A stretch of 64,000 bases of DNA from an uncultured delta proteobacterium (GCA_963822965.1 CAWGJT010000005.1:576001-640000); one strand, 5' to 3'; positions 47,987 through 58,568 are shown, numbered from the stretch's first letter. Numbers and translations: made by a program. The notes: generated from the letters alone by a model not told the origin.

Positions 47987-49195
47987 TCAGCCTCCGAGAA
48001 GCCCGGCCAGGTTCGCGCTCATGATGCGCCGGGTGTCCTCCGGGCCGAATCCCTCGAGCTCGTCCAGGAAGGAGAGCGGCCAGGCCAGGCCTTCGGGATG
48101 CGGGAAGTCCGAGCCGAAGAGCACGTGCTCCACCCCGATGTCCCGGGCCAGGCCCGGAACGTCCTCCTCGTAGAAGGGAGCCACCCAGACGTGGCGCCGG
48201 AAGGTCTCGCGGGGCGGCTCGCGGAAGCCCCAGGGCATGAGACGCGCCGTCCGCTCGAGCTTCTCGAGCAGGGGACGCACCCAGCCCGAGCCGTTCTCGA
48301 CGCTGAGGACGCGCACGCCGGGGTGACGAGCGAAGACGCCGTGGCAGACGAGGGCGGCCATGGTGTCGAAGATCGGGCGGTCGGCCATCAGGATCTGTCG
48401 CAGGGGGGAAGGCTGGAAGGGGTGGTACTCCTCCTCGCCGTCCCAGTGCGCCGCGTACTCCTCGTAGCCGCTGTCGGACGAGTGCACCACCACGGCGACC
48501 CCCGCCTCGGCGACGCGCGCCCACCACGGATCGAACTCCGGCGCGCCGGGCGAACGGCTGGCCTTGTAGCCGGGCACCGGCGCGGGCCGGAGCCCCACGG
48601 CCTTCGCGCCCCGCGCGAGGCACCACTCGAGCTCCGCGCAGGCGCGCTCCACGTCCATCAGCGACATCATGGGCACCGCGAAGATGCGCTGCGCATGATG
48701 GAAGCCCCACTCCTCCTCGAGCCACTCGTTGAAGGCGTGGACCACCGCGTGCAGAAGCTCGGCGTCGTGCTTCATGCGGTGCTCCATGGCGCTGGCCAGG
48801 GTGGGATGGAGCAGCGCGGCTTGGAGCCCCTGCTCATCCATCAGCGCCAGGCGATCGGCCGGATGGCGATAGGCAGGGCGACAGGGCTCGGGCTTGCCGA
48901 AGAGCTCGCGCAGGGTCTTGCCTTCGGGATTGCGGCCCCGGTACCACTCCTCGGACGCGCCGGGACGGGCCACCACCTCGAACGTGGGGTTCGGGATGTA
49001 GTCCGAGAGCTGGCCGCAGATGACGATCTTCTTGCGGCCGTCGATCTCCACGTAGCGGATCGCATTCCGGTGCTTCTTGTCCAGGTGCCGGGTGAAGGCG
49101 TCCTCGGGCTCGTACAGGTGGTTGTCGGCGTCCCAGACCGGAACGCCGAGGTCGGGGATCGGTCCGGGCTTCTCTCGCGACGGGGAACGCGACAT
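47987..49195 (-). CDS. Amidohydrolase 2 family protein
   Basis: DADNHLYE, D..G...ALL.PT, VENG..W, FGSDFPHPEG. Confidence 0.92.
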   Translation of the reverse strand: MSRSPSREKPGPIPDLGVPVWDADNHLYEPEDAFTRHLDKKHRNAIRYVEIDGRKKIVICGQLSDYIPNPTFEVVARPGASEEWYRGRNPEGKTLRELFGKPEPCRPAYRHPADRLALMDEQGLQAALLHPTLASAMEHRMKHDAELLHAVVHAFNEWLEEEWGFHHAQRIFAVPMMSLMDVERACAELEWCLARGAKAVGLRPAPVPGYKASRSPGAPEFDPWWARVAEAGVAVVVHSSDSGYEEYAAHWDGEEEYHPFQPSPLRQILMADRPIFDTMAALVCHGVFARHPGVRVLSVENGSGWVRPLLEKLERTARLMPWGFREPPRETFRRHVWVAPFYEEDVPGLARDIGVEHVLFGSDFPHPEGLAWPLSFLDELEGFGPEDTRRIMSANLAGLLGG

Positions 49196-49337
49196 GGGAC
49201 TGCCTCCTGGCGTGCTCTCGTAGGCCCGATTATCCCACAGATCCAGACGCGGCCGGCCAACGCCGGCCGCACGGGCGGCCAGCAGGCCGACCCGGGATGG
49301 GTCGGCCTGCGCAGCTGAGGGAGCCCAACGGGCTCCC

Positions 49338-50969
49338 TCAGCTGGCCGCGGCGCCCGGGCGCTCCTGGAAGAGCGGAAGGAGATCGCGCTTCACGATCTT
49401 GTTCATGGCGTTGCGCGGCATCTGGTCCACGAAGCGGAACTGCTCGGGGGTCTTGTAGCGGGCGAGCTGGCTCCGAACGTGGGCGGCGAGCCGCTCGGCG
49501 TCCGCCTGGACGCCTGCGGCGAGCTGCACCACCGCGACCACCCGCTCGCCGAGACGTGCGTCGGGCAGGCCGAGGACCGCGGCGGCCGCCACCGCCGGGT
49601 GCTCGCCGAGCACGCGCTCGACCTCCGCGGGATAGACGTTGGCCCCGCCGCGCAGGATCAGCTCGTTGCGGCGCCCGCGGATGAAGAGCGTGCCGTCCGG
49701 CTCGAGGAAGCCCACGTCGCCGGTGTGGTAGACGCCGCCGCGCAGGGCCTCCCGGGTGGCGTCGGGACGGTTCCAGTAGCCGAGCATCGGGGTATAGATC
49801 CCGGCCCACTCGCCCTGGCGGGCCGGCCCGACGCAGATCTCGCCCGGCTCCCCGGCCGGCACCGGGCGGTCGTCCTCGTCGCGGATCTGGATCTCGATCT
49901 GCGGCAGCGCCTTGCCGCACAGGCCCGGCTTGTCCGCCGGCGCGCCGGACGCGCTCGTCACCGCCGTGGGCGCCTCGGTCATCCCGTAGCCGATGCCCAC
50001 CTCCCGGCCGAAGCGCTCGCGATACAGGCTGCGGAAAGACTCGGGACAGTCGGCGCCGCCCACCATCGGACTCTCGAGGGACGCGAGGTCTTCGGCCGTG
50101 ACGTCGGGGTGCGTGAGCAGGTCGTGCAGGATGGTGGGCACCGCGGCGAAGTGACCGACCCGCTCCCTTCGCACCCAGCCGGCGAGGCCCACCGGGTCGA
50201 TGCGGTCGATGGCCACGCAGGCGCTCCCCACCTGGAAGGCCGTGAGCGGCGCCAGCACCATCAGGTTCAGGATCGTGAGGGGCAGCACGACGCCCTGGCG
50301 CAGCTCCGGGCCGTAGCGACCCGTGGCGGCGGCGACCGCGCCCGGCAGCAGCAGGTTGTGGTGGCTGTGCACGGCGCCCTTGGGATGACCGGTGGTCCCG
50401 CTCGTGTACGCGATGGCGGCCGGCGCGAACGGATCGGCGTGCGCGCAGGCGGCCGGACGCGGCGGGTCCGCGGCCCGGCGCTGCCGCGCGCCCCACTCCC
50501 CTCCGGCGTCGGCTGGATCGACGGTCACCACCCGCTGCAGGGTCTCGAGGCCGGCGCGCGCCCCCGCGATCTCCCGGGCCATGTCGGGGTCTGCCAGGTA
50601 GACCAGCGCTCCGCAGTCCCGCAGCAGCCAGGCCTTCTCGGGTCCGGCGAGCGGACGGTTCACGCCGACCCAGATGCCACCCGCCCGGATCGTGGCAAGG
50701 AAGGCGACGACGATGTCGACGTCGTTCGGGAGACATGCCGCGACGCGATCGCCGACGGCGACCCCCAGCTCCCCGAGCGCCGCGGCGGCGCGGTCGATCG
50801 CCGTGTCGAGCTCTCGATACGAGAGCCGGCCGCTCCGCCCCACCAGGGCGAGCCGATCGGGGTCGGCGGCCAACACCCGGTCCAGCACCTCGGAGATCCG
50901 CTGGGTGCGGCCCCCGGGCAGGCGCGGCCGCCGCGGAGGCTCCAACAGTCCGTGATCGGAGAGGCCCAT
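49338..50969 (-). CDS. AMP-binding enzyme (acyl-CoA synthetase)
   Basis: YTSGTTGHPKG, GYGMTE, YHTGD, RGGANVYPAEVE, KI. Confidence 0.93.
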   Translation of the reverse strand: MGLSDHGLLEPPRRPRLPGGRTQRISEVLDRVLAADPDRLALVGRSGRLSYRELDTAIDRAAAALGELGVAVGDRVAACLPNDVDIVVAFLATIRAGGIWVGVNRPLAGPEKAWLLRDCGALVYLADPDMAREIAGARAGLETLQRVVTVDPADAGGEWGARQRRAADPPRPAACAHADPFAPAAIAYTSGTTGHPKGAVHSHHNLLLPGAVAAATGRYGPELRQGVVLPLTILNLMVLAPLTAFQVGSACVAIDRIDPVGLAGWVRRERVGHFAAVPTILHDLLTHPDVTAEDLASLESPMVGGADCPESFRSLYRERFGREVGIGYGMTEAPTAVTSASGAPADKPGLCGKALPQIEIQIRDEDDRPVPAGEPGEICVGPARQGEWAGIYTPMLGYWNRPDATREALRGGVYHTGDVGFLEPDGTLFIRGRRNELILRGGANVYPAEVERVLGEHPAVAAAAVLGLPDARLGERVVAVVQLAAGVQADAERLAAHVRSQLARYKTPEQFRFVDQMPRNAMNKIVKRDLLPLFQERPGAAAS

Positions 50970-50998
50970 CGCGCGGCGCGTGCCGGGCTTCGGGCCGC

Positions 50999-51868
50999 TC
51001 AGGAGAGCGGGACGATCACGTTGTTCGCGAAGCCCTCGAGATAGGCGCGCTTCTCGGCCAGGGTGCTCGTGGGGCCCACCGTGTACGTGAACGGGTAGCT
51101 CACCGTCGAGGTCGCCCCGGCGTCCTCGAGCCGCTTGAAGGCGTCGGGGTCGGGCGGGGTCACCAGGGGGACGACCGCCTCGAAGTCCCGGCTCTGGCGC
51201 CCGACCGCCTTCCGGTGCTCGCGGATCTTCTCCAGCATGGCGATCGCCTCCTCGGGCGTCTGGCCCGAGCCGAGCCAGCCGTCGCCGACCCGGCCCGCGC
51301 GGCGCAGGGCGACGTCGCTGATTCCGCCGATGTAGATCGGCACGGACTCGGTCGGCGCAGGCGTCATCTGCAGCGGTGGAAACCGGAAGAACGCGCCCTC
51401 GTGCCCCACCATCTCGCCGCTCCAGAGCTTGCGGCACACCTCGATCGCCTCGTCGAAGCGCTTGCCCCGGGTCTTGAAGTCGACGCCCAGGATGTCGAAC
51501 TCCTCGTGCATCCAGCCGGCGCCGGCTCCCAACGCGAAGCGGTTGCCCGACAGCACCGCCAGGCTGCCGGTGGCCTTCGCCACCTCGATCGGGTCGCGCA
51601 GGGGCAGGATGTAGATGAGGGTCGAGAAGCGCAGCTTCCGGGTCACCGCAGCCATGGCGGCGATGGTCACCCAGGGCTGGGGCCACGGCGTCTCGGGCGT
51701 GAAGCCGGGATCGCCCGTCTCGTTGTAGGGGTAGCTCTTCTCGAAGCTACCGGGATAGAAGAGGTGGTCGGAGACGAAGACGCCTTCGAAGCCTACCTCC
51801 TCGCAGATCTTCGCCGTCTCGACGAGCTGGTCGGGTTCGGTGAAGGCGAGGGACTGCCAGAACTTCAT
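50999..51868 (-). CDS. LLM-class F420-dependent oxidoreductase
   Basis: GFEGVFVSDH, LPLRDP..VAK, GAGWM.EEF, PIYIGG, GDGW. Confidence 0.9.
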   Translation of the reverse strand: MKFWQSLAFTEPDQLVETAKICEEVGFEGVFVSDHLFYPGSFEKSYPYNETGDPGFTPETPWPQPWVTIAAMAAVTRKLRFSTLIYILPLRDPIEVAKATGSLAVLSGNRFALGAGAGWMHEEFDILGVDFKTRGKRFDEAIEVCRKLWSGEMVGHEGAFFRFPPLQMTPAPTESVPIYIGGISDVALRRAGRVGDGWLGSGQTPEEAIAMLEKIREHRKAVGRQSRDFEAVVPLVTPPDPDAFKRLEDAGATSTVSYPFTYTVGPTSTLAEKRAYLEGFANNVIVPLS

Positions 51869-51915
51869 CGGGGCTCTCTCCGCTGGGCTCTCGAGGTGCG
51901 TGGACGAACGGAAGC

Positions 51916-52870
51916 TCAGTAGGCTCCCTGCTGCTCGAAGATCCGCCGCGGATTCTCGACCGTCATCTGCCGGATCTGCTCCTCGCTGACGCCGTTCTTG
52001 CGCAGCGCCGGCACCACGTCGCAGGGCACGTGGCGGAAGTGCCAGTTCGGCACCAACCCGGCGAGCTCGGCACGCGTGTTCGGGAAGAAGTCGATGTGAC
52101 AGCAGGCGTCGTGGGAGAGAACCATCTGGCCGGCGTGACCGGCGCGGCACAGCTCGGCGATCACGTGCACGCGCTGCTCGGTCGGAAGCACCATGTCGAG
52201 CCCGAAGCGGTCCATGCCGATGAAGCTTCCCCGCTCGAGGATGGCGCCGAGATAGTCGAGATCCTCGGAGTCGCCGCAATGTCCGATCACGACGCGGCGG
52301 AGATCGACGCCCGCCTCCTCGAAGACGTCCTGCTGGCCGAGCCCCGAGCGGTTGTTGACGTCGGTGTGGGTCGAGATCGGCACGCCGGTCGCCCGATGGA
52401 GCTGCGCGGCGGCCAGCAGGAGGTTCCGGTTCACCGGCGTGACGCCCGCGTGATGAGTCGCGCACTTGATGATGCCCGCCTTGATGTCGGTCCCCTGGAT
52501 GCCGTCCGTGAGATCGCGGATCAGCCACTCGACGAGCTTCTCCGGCGGCCAGGCCTCGAGCCACGGCTCCTCGGTGTAGTAGAGACCGGTGGCCGCGATG
52601 ACGTTGATCTCGGCGCGGGCCGCGCACTCGCGGATCACGTGGATGTCGCGACCGATGTTGATGGGGGTGAGATCGACGACGCTGCGAACCCCCACCTCCT
52701 TCGCCTTGCGAAGCTCGTCGCTCGCGTAACTCGATCACTTCGTCGAGGTCGACCCAATCGGCGAACGCCTGCCGCATCGACCAGTTCGCGATCATGATGT
52801 GCTCGTGCATGAGGGTGAAGCCGAGATCGTCCGACTCGATCGGTCCGAGCACGCCCTGGATGGTCGCCAT
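51916..52870 (-). CDS. Phosphotriesterase-family lactonase/hydrolase, frameshift near 52720
   Basis: LGFTLMHEH, VDLTP..IGRD, GIIKCA, ISTHT, IGH, LSHD. Confidence 0.92.
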
Positions 52871-53150
52871 CTTCGCTCCTCTCGCCGTCGCCGCTCGGCC
52901 GTGGCTCGGTCCGGTTCGCCGTTGCCGGCGCTCTGCGTTCCACCTGCGTGCCCGCCGCCGATGATGCTGGGGCCCAATGATGGTTCATCCCGACGGCCCG
53001 CTCCAGAAGCGCTGGCCATGTCTCCCTGGGGGATCGGAGGGACCGGGAGCCCGGCAAACCGGGGTTTCCTCGGGCTTCGGCGTAACGGAATCGCGGGCCG
53101 GGGCCACTCATGGTCACGGGCATCCGTCGTCCGCGCAGGAGATCGCCGCA

Positions 53151-53795
53151 ATGGAGCTCACCGTCGACCAGCAGATCGCTCGCGTCAGCCGCCGCATCCG
53201 GCGCTGGCGCGAGGACGACGGCCTGACGCTGCAGGAGCTGGCCGACCGCGGCGGACTGGCGACGAGCACGGTGCAGAAGGTCGAGACGGGGCAGATGATG
53301 CCGAGCCTCGCGGTGCTGCTGAAGCTCGCGCGCGGGCTCGGGCGTCCCCTCTCCGAGCTGCTGGACGAGCAGACGGAGATCGACGTGTTCCACTCGAAGG
53401 CCTGCGAGCGCGAGGTGGTGGGCGAAGGCGGCAGCCTGGTGGTGGAGCGCCTGAGCGGCAATCTGATGAGGTCCTCCCTCGAGACCTGGCAGGTGACCCT
53501 GGGGCCCGGCGCTTCGAGCGGCAGCGATCCGATCCGCTACGAGGGCGAGGAGCTCGTCGTCTGCGAGGAGGGCCGGGTGATCTTCCGCGTCGGGGAGGCC
53601 GAGTACTCGCTGCACCCGGGAGACAGCCTGCACTTCCGTGCCTCCATCCCGCACTCCTGGTACAACGACGGCGACGTGCCGGTTCGCTTCACCATCACCG
53701 GCAGCCTGCCGCTGCTGTTCCGCGGCCTCATGCAGAGCCGGGCCGGCGGCGAGGCGCAGACCGTCCGGAGCGCGCCCTTCTCCCTCGCCAGCTGA
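53151..53795 (+). CDS. XRE-family HTH + cupin transcriptional regulator
   Basis: GLTLQELA..GLA.ST.QKVETG..MPS; EGEE...C.EG, PGDSLHF.ASIPH. Confidence 0.92.
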   Translation: MELTVDQQIARVSRRIRRWREDDGLTLQELADRGGLATSTVQKVETGQMMPSLAVLLKLARGLGRPLSELLDEQTEIDVFHSKACEREVVGEGGSLVVERLSGNLMRSSLETWQVTLGPGASSGSDPIRYEGEELVVCEEGRVIFRVGEAEYSLHPGDSLHFRASIPHSWYNDGDVPVRFTITGSLPLLFRGLMQSRAGGEAQTVRSAPFSLAS

Positions 53796-53870
53796 GCCGG
53801 CGCCGGCCTCTCGGGCCGGCACCTCGACCCGCCTGCGGTAGCCTCCCGTCTCGCTCCGGGAGGATCTGGA

Positions 53871-54155
53871 ATGCCGCTCTTCGTGTACCGGGGCCACGAC
53901 GGCCCGCGAGGCCTCGAGCTCCGCAAGACCGTGCGCGAGCGACACCTCGCGCACCTGCAGCCCCTGGCGGACGTGGGCCGGGTTCGCTTCGCGGGGCCGC
54001 TCGTCGACGCGGCCGGCAACCCGTGCGGGAGCCTGGTGATCTTCGAGGCCGACGACCTCGGGGCAGCGCGCCGGATCGCGGAGAGCGACCCGTATCTCGT
54101 GGAAGGCGTCTTCGAGCGCGTGGAGGTCCACGCCACCCGGGCCGTGCTGCCGTGA
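53871..54155 (+). CDS. YciI family protein
   Basis: R..HLAHL, AGPL, GSLVI, DPY..EG. Confidence 0.9.
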   Translation: MPLFVYRGHDGPRGLELRKTVRERHLAHLQPLADVGRVRFAGPLVDAAGNPCGSLVIFEADDLGAARRIAESDPYLVEGVFERVEVHATRAVLP

Positions 54156-55006
54156 GCGGCTCCGCCCCGGTCGCCCTCGACCGCATCCAGGTGGTCGTGC
54201 GCGACCGCACCCAGGCGGCCGACGCCTGGACGCGCCTGCTCGACGCGGCCGTCGTCGGCGAGGACCGGCTGCGCGTGCTGGGCTGCCGCCGGACGACCCT
54301 GGCCGTGGGCGCGAGCGAGGTGGAGCTGCTCGAGGCGGAGCCCGGCGGTGTGGTCGAGAAGGCCGGACCGGGGCTCTTCGCGGCGGGCTTCGCCAGCGAC
54401 GATCCCGCCGCGCTCCGCGGGCGGCTGGAATCGAAGGGCGTGGCCGTGGAGAGTGAGGGGGATCAGATGTTCCTCGCCGCCGAGGCGTTGGGCGACGGCG
54501 GGATGCGGGTCGTCGTCTCACCCGCCCGGGAGCGGCGGCGCCAGGGTCTGCTCACGCACCTGTACGAGGTGACGAACCTGGTCGCGGACCCGGCGCGCTG
54601 GAGCGCGCGGCTCGCGGACCTCTTCGGTCTCGATCCAGGGGGCTTCGTACCCATCCGCTCCGAGCACTACGGCTACGAAGGCGTGCTGACGCTCTTCCGG
54701 CCGGGCGTTCTGGATCGGGTGGAGGTCATCCACCCGCACGACCGGGACAAGACCATGGGGCGATTCCACGCGAAGCGCGGCGCGTGCCTCTACATGGGCT
54801 ACGGCGAGAGCGACCGGGCGGACGAGATCCGCGATCGGGCCCGCAGCCTGGCGCCGGACGACTGGACCGGGCCCGCTGGCGACGCTCCGGTCGACAACCT
54901 CTTCCTGCATCCCCGAGCGCTCGGCGGCGTCATGCTGGGCGTGAGCCGATCGACCTTCGCCTGGACCTGGTCCGGGGCACCGGAGCGCGTGCAGCCCGCC
55001 GGCTGA
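54152..55006 (+). CDS. VOC/glyoxalase-like two-domain protein
   Basis: LDRIQVVVRD, VELLE, second domain ending FLHPRALGGVMLGVS; GTGA overlap with the YciI gene. Confidence 0.7.
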   Translation: MSGSAPVALDRIQVVVRDRTQAADAWTRLLDAAVVGEDRLRVLGCRRTTLAVGASEVELLEAEPGGVVEKAGPGLFAAGFASDDPAALRGRLESKGVAVESEGDQMFLAAEALGDGGMRVVVSPARERRRQGLLTHLYEVTNLVADPARWSARLADLFGLDPGGFVPIRSEHYGYEGVLTLFRPGVLDRVEVIHPHDRDKTMGRFHAKRGACLYMGYGESDRADEIRDRARSLAPDDWTGPAGDAPVDNLFLHPRALGGVMLGVSRSTFAWTWSGAPERVQPAG

Positions 55007-55229
55007 GCGCCCTTCTTCCGCGCCCTTCTCGCGCCCCTCGGCCCCTCTCGCGCCCCTCCAGCCCCTCCCGCCTCCTGGCGGTGCCTTTTTGCCCCACCCC
55101 TGCTGTCGAGCCTCCCGTTCGACGCGCCGCCCGGGCGGCCCTCGGCCCGTGCCATGCCACCGCTGGGGCGCGCGTTGCCGGCCCTCTCCCGCCGCCCGCC
55201 TCAAGCTGCCCGCCTCCCGAGACGAACTC

Positions 55230-56660
55230 ATGAGCTGGCCCTCCGCCCGGCGAACACAGAGGACCCGCTTGCGGATCTGGATCGACGCTACCCGCCACGA
55301 CGACACCGCCCTGGTCTTCGGCATGGGCCTCCTGGAGCGGCTGCTCCGCAGCCTGGCCGAGGTGGAGGAGCGACTCTCGCGCCTTCCCGCGCTCGAAGGG
55401 GAGTCCCGGGGCGCGACCGACGTCCGCGCTCGGCTGCACCGATACTTCGAGAACCACCGCACCCCGAGCGAGATCCGCGTCGAGCTGTCACCGCACGGCG
55501 CTTCCCCGGAAGAGCTGCCCCCCGAGATCACCGCCCGGCTTCCCGTGGTCCTGTCCCGGAGCGAGGCGAGCTTCGGCGAGCGCCTCGCCGCCGCGGTGCG
55601 GGACGCGGGCGGCGAGCCGCTGCTGGCCCTGTCGGCGGATACGGTCGTGGACGAACGCGTGCTCGAGCAGCTCGTGTGCTCGACCGGGCCGTTCGCGTTC
55701 TTCGGCGGAACGGGCGAGGAGCACGGCGCCGCCCTGCGAATCGACGGACCGCTGCCGCCGCAGGCGGCCGCAGCCGCGGATCTGGTCGCCGCCGCCCGCG
55801 CCTGCCTGGAGTCGGGCGCGGCCGAGGAGCTGTGCGCCGATGCGTTCGACGGCTACGTGCCCCTGCTGCGGCGCAACCTGCCGGCGTGGCTCTTCCGCAT
55901 TCCCGACGCCACGAGCGCCAGGAAGCTCGAAGCGTTCCTCTTCTGGTCCACCGACAAGGGGACGGCGGACTTCCTGACGAAGTACGTCTATCCGAGGCTG
56001 GTGTGGCGCCTGGTGGTGCCGCTCGCCCGAAGGCGGATCGCGCCCAACGCCGTCACGGGCGTGGCCATCGCCTGCGGCTTCGCCGCCATCTCGTTCTTCG
56101 CGGCGGGTCTCTGGGGGCCGGGCCTGGCACTCGCCTACGCGACGAGCGTGCTCGACGCCGTGGACGGGAAGCTGGCGCGTCTCACCCTGACGGCGTCGCG
56201 CCAGGGGGCGGCGCTCGACCACGCCCTCGACGTCGTGCACCCGCCGCTCTGGTACGGCGCGTGGGCCTGGGGACTCTCGGGCGGCGACGCCGGCTCGACC
56301 CTCTTCCACGCCAGCCTGTGGATGGCGGGGCTCTTCGTGGTCGACCGCCTGCTCGCCAACCTCTTCGAATCGTGTACCGGCGGAAGGTCTCCGCGACGGC
56401 TCGAGCCCCTCGGCGGGCGGCTCCGGAGCCTCGGCTCGCGTCGCAACGTGAACCTGGCGCTCTTCACCGCGGGTCTCGCCCTCGGGCACGGCACCGAGGC
56501 CTTCTACGCGGTGGGGGCGCTCCAGCTCGCCGCCGTCCTCCACCACCTCGGCCAGGTGGTGCGGGTCTGGAACGTCGACCCCGGCCCGGAGGCACCGCAC
56601 GCTCCCCGTCTGCAACCCCTCGGCCCCCCGCTCGACGCCCTGGGAGGGCCCGACTCATGA
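55230..56660 (+). CDS. CDP-alcohol phosphatidyltransferase family protein with a soluble N-terminal domain
   Basis: PNAVT and DAVDGKLARLT..ASRQGAALDHALD signature. Confidence 0.88.
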   Translation: MSWPSARRTQRTRLRIWIDATRHDDTALVFGMGLLERLLRSLAEVEERLSRLPALEGESRGATDVRARLHRYFENHRTPSEIRVELSPHGASPEELPPEITARLPVVLSRSEASFGERLAAAVRDAGGEPLLALSADTVVDERVLEQLVCSTGPFAFFGGTGEEHGAALRIDGPLPPQAAAAADLVAAARACLESGAAEELCADAFDGYVPLLRRNLPAWLFRIPDATSARKLEAFLFWSTDKGTADFLTKYVYPRLVWRLVVPLARRRIAPNAVTGVAIACGFAAISFFAAGLWGPGLALAYATSVLDAVDGKLARLTLTASRQGAALDHALDVVHPPLWYGAWAWGLSGGDAGSTLFHASLWMAGLFVVDRLLANLFESCTGGRSPRRLEPLGGRLRSLGSRRNVNLALFTAGLALGHGTEAFYAVGALQLAAVLHHLGQVVRVWNVDPGPEAPHAPRLQPLGPPLDALGGPDS

Positions 56661-57433
56661 AGGCCCTCGTCCTCAGCGCCGGTCAGGGAACGCGCCTGCG
56701 TCCCCTCACCGATCAGCTACCCAAGTGCCTGCTCTCCGTTCGCGGCGACCAGTCCGTCCTGGAGGTCCAGCTCAGGACCCTCGCCGAGTGCGGTGTGGAC
56801 GAAGCGATCGTGTTCGTGGGATTCGGCGCCTCGCAGGTGGAGGATTGCGTGGCCCAGCGGGCGCCGGCGGGTCTCCGCGTCCGGACGGTCTTCAACCCCT
56901 TCTACGCCGTCTCGGACAACCTGGCCACCTGCTGGCTCGCCCGGGAGCACATGCAGGACGAGTTCCTGATCCTGAACGGGGACACGCTCTTCGAGCCCGC
57001 CGTGCTGCGCCGCCTGATGCGCGCGACCGACGCGCCGCTCACCCTCGCCATCAACCAGAAGGACCTCTACGACGACGACGACATGAAGGTGTCCCTCGCG
57101 TGCGGCGGCCGACTCGTCGGAGTCGACAAGGGCCTCGATCCGCGCATCGTCGACGGAGAGTCGATCGGGCTCATGCTCTTCCGCCCCGAGGGCGCCGCGC
57201 GATTCCGGCAGGTTCTCGAGCGGGCGATCCGCCGCGAGGATGCCGTGAGGCGCTGGTATCTCTCCGCGGTGAGCGAGATGGCCCAGGACACCCCGGTTCG
57301 CACCGTCGCCATCACCGGCCTGTGGTGGGGCGAGCTCGACTCGCAGGAGGACCTGGCCGCCCTGCGAGCGCACCTGGACGACGAGCACAAGCAGGAAGAG
57401 CGCGTCGACCGGGCCCTCTTCTCGCGCGCGTAG
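56657..57433 (+). CDS. NTP transferase (phosphocholine/inositol-phosphate cytidylyltransferase-like)
   Basis: LSAGQGTRLRPLT..PKCL, NPFY..DN, LNGD, GESIG, W.ELD..EDL; ATGA overlap. Confidence 0.9.
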   Translation: MKALVLSAGQGTRLRPLTDQLPKCLLSVRGDQSVLEVQLRTLAECGVDEAIVFVGFGASQVEDCVAQRAPAGLRVRTVFNPFYAVSDNLATCWLAREHMQDEFLILNGDTLFEPAVLRRLMRATDAPLTLAINQKDLYDDDDMKVSLACGGRLVGVDKGLDPRIVDGESIGLMLFRPEGAARFRQVLERAIRREDAVRRWYLSAVSEMAQDTPVRTVAITGLWWGELDSQEDLAALRAHLDDEHKQEERVDRALFSRA

Positions 57434-57457
57434 GGCCCCGCGGCCGGCGGTGCCCGG

Positions 57458-57892
57458 TCAGCGACCGGCGGAAGGCCCTTGAAGCGCGTCCCAGTCGAAC
57501 GCGAGATCCATCTCGATCTCGGGATGGACGCTCTGCTTCACCGGACACGTCCAGGCGGTGCGCTCCAGCGTGGCCCGGGCATCGGCGTCGAGGCCGCCCG
57601 GCAGGGCGAAGCGGATCACCAGGCGACCGACTCGACGCACCGGATCGGCCACCATATGCTTCTCGACCCGCGCGCGGGCGCCGTCGAGACGCCATCCCTC
57701 GCGTCGGGCCACGATACCCATGGTCGTGAGCGCGCAGGATCCCAGGGCCGTCGCCAGCAGGTCGGTGGGCGAGAAGGACTCCCCGCGGCCCTGGTTGTCC
57801 AGCGGGGCGTCGGTCTCGAGCTCGCGGGCGGACGGGTCGTGCCGGCAGCGTGTGTGCAGGTCGCCTTCGTAGACGACGTCGATCTCCACCAT
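57458..57892 (-). CDS. OsmC family protein
   Basis: TDAP.DN.GRGESFSPTDL.ATALGSC, CPV..S. Confidence 0.93.
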   Translation of the reverse strand: MVEIDVVYEGDLHTRCRHDPSARELETDAPLDNQGRGESFSPTDLLATALGSCALTTMGIVARREGWRLDGARARVEKHMVADPVRRVGRLVIRFALPGGLDADARATLERTAWTCPVKQSVHPEIEMDLAFDWDALQGPSAGR

Positions 57893-58020
57893 GGCTCGCT
57901 GTCTCCGTCGGTGCTCGTGTGGGTGTCTCTCTCGGTGACGACAGTGTGGGGGGCTCGCCGGATCTCCGCACGAACAGGCGTCTCGATCCGGATCGAGACG
58001 CCGGGAGCCACGAGAATACG

Positions 58021-58568
58021 ATGAGCGAGATCCGATGCAGCACCTGCGGCCGAGGCTTCGAGGGTCGCCGCCTGGCCTGGTGCCCCCGCTGCCTGGCCGA
58101 ACGGTGGCTCGCGACGCCCACCTGGTGCGCCCGAAGCACGACCCCGGGGCCCCGGCGGGCCGGCTCGACACCTACCGCTCGCTGATCACGCCGCGAGCCC
58201 GCGCCGAGCTTCCGGGTGTGCTGGCCGACGCGGCGGAGAGAGGAGAGTGGTTCTGGGACCGGGACTACCGGATGTGGGTCCACGTCACCCTGCGCCCGCT
58301 GGACCGGGTTCCGGGGGTGGGCGTCCCGGCCGGGCGCGAGGAGGCCGACCACGCCCTCGACTGCCTGTTCATCGCCGAGGCCGATTCCAGCGAGCAGGCT
58401 CACGTGTTCGCGGCCGACGGCGAGCGCCATCGCGCCCAGATCCGGGCCGGGGTCTTCGAACCCCTCGGGGCCTGCACATCCCCGGGCTGTGAGAACCTGC
58501 GCAAGCCTGGCGCGAGTCACTGCAGCGCGCACGACGTGCACGCGGACCCCGCCACGGCGCCGGCCTGA
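58021..58568 (+). CDS. Hypothetical protein with N-terminal CxxC..CxxC and C-terminal C-x4-C..C-x2-H Zn fingers; one frameshift near 58111
   Basis: MSEIRCSTC..WCPRC joins DAHLVRPKH..CTSPGC..HCSAH if one base is restored. Confidence 0.65.

Noticed and set aside
55007..55075. Pyrimidine-rich GCGCCCCTC-like repeats
   Set aside because: Short, degenerate low-complexity sequence with no clear unit or structure.
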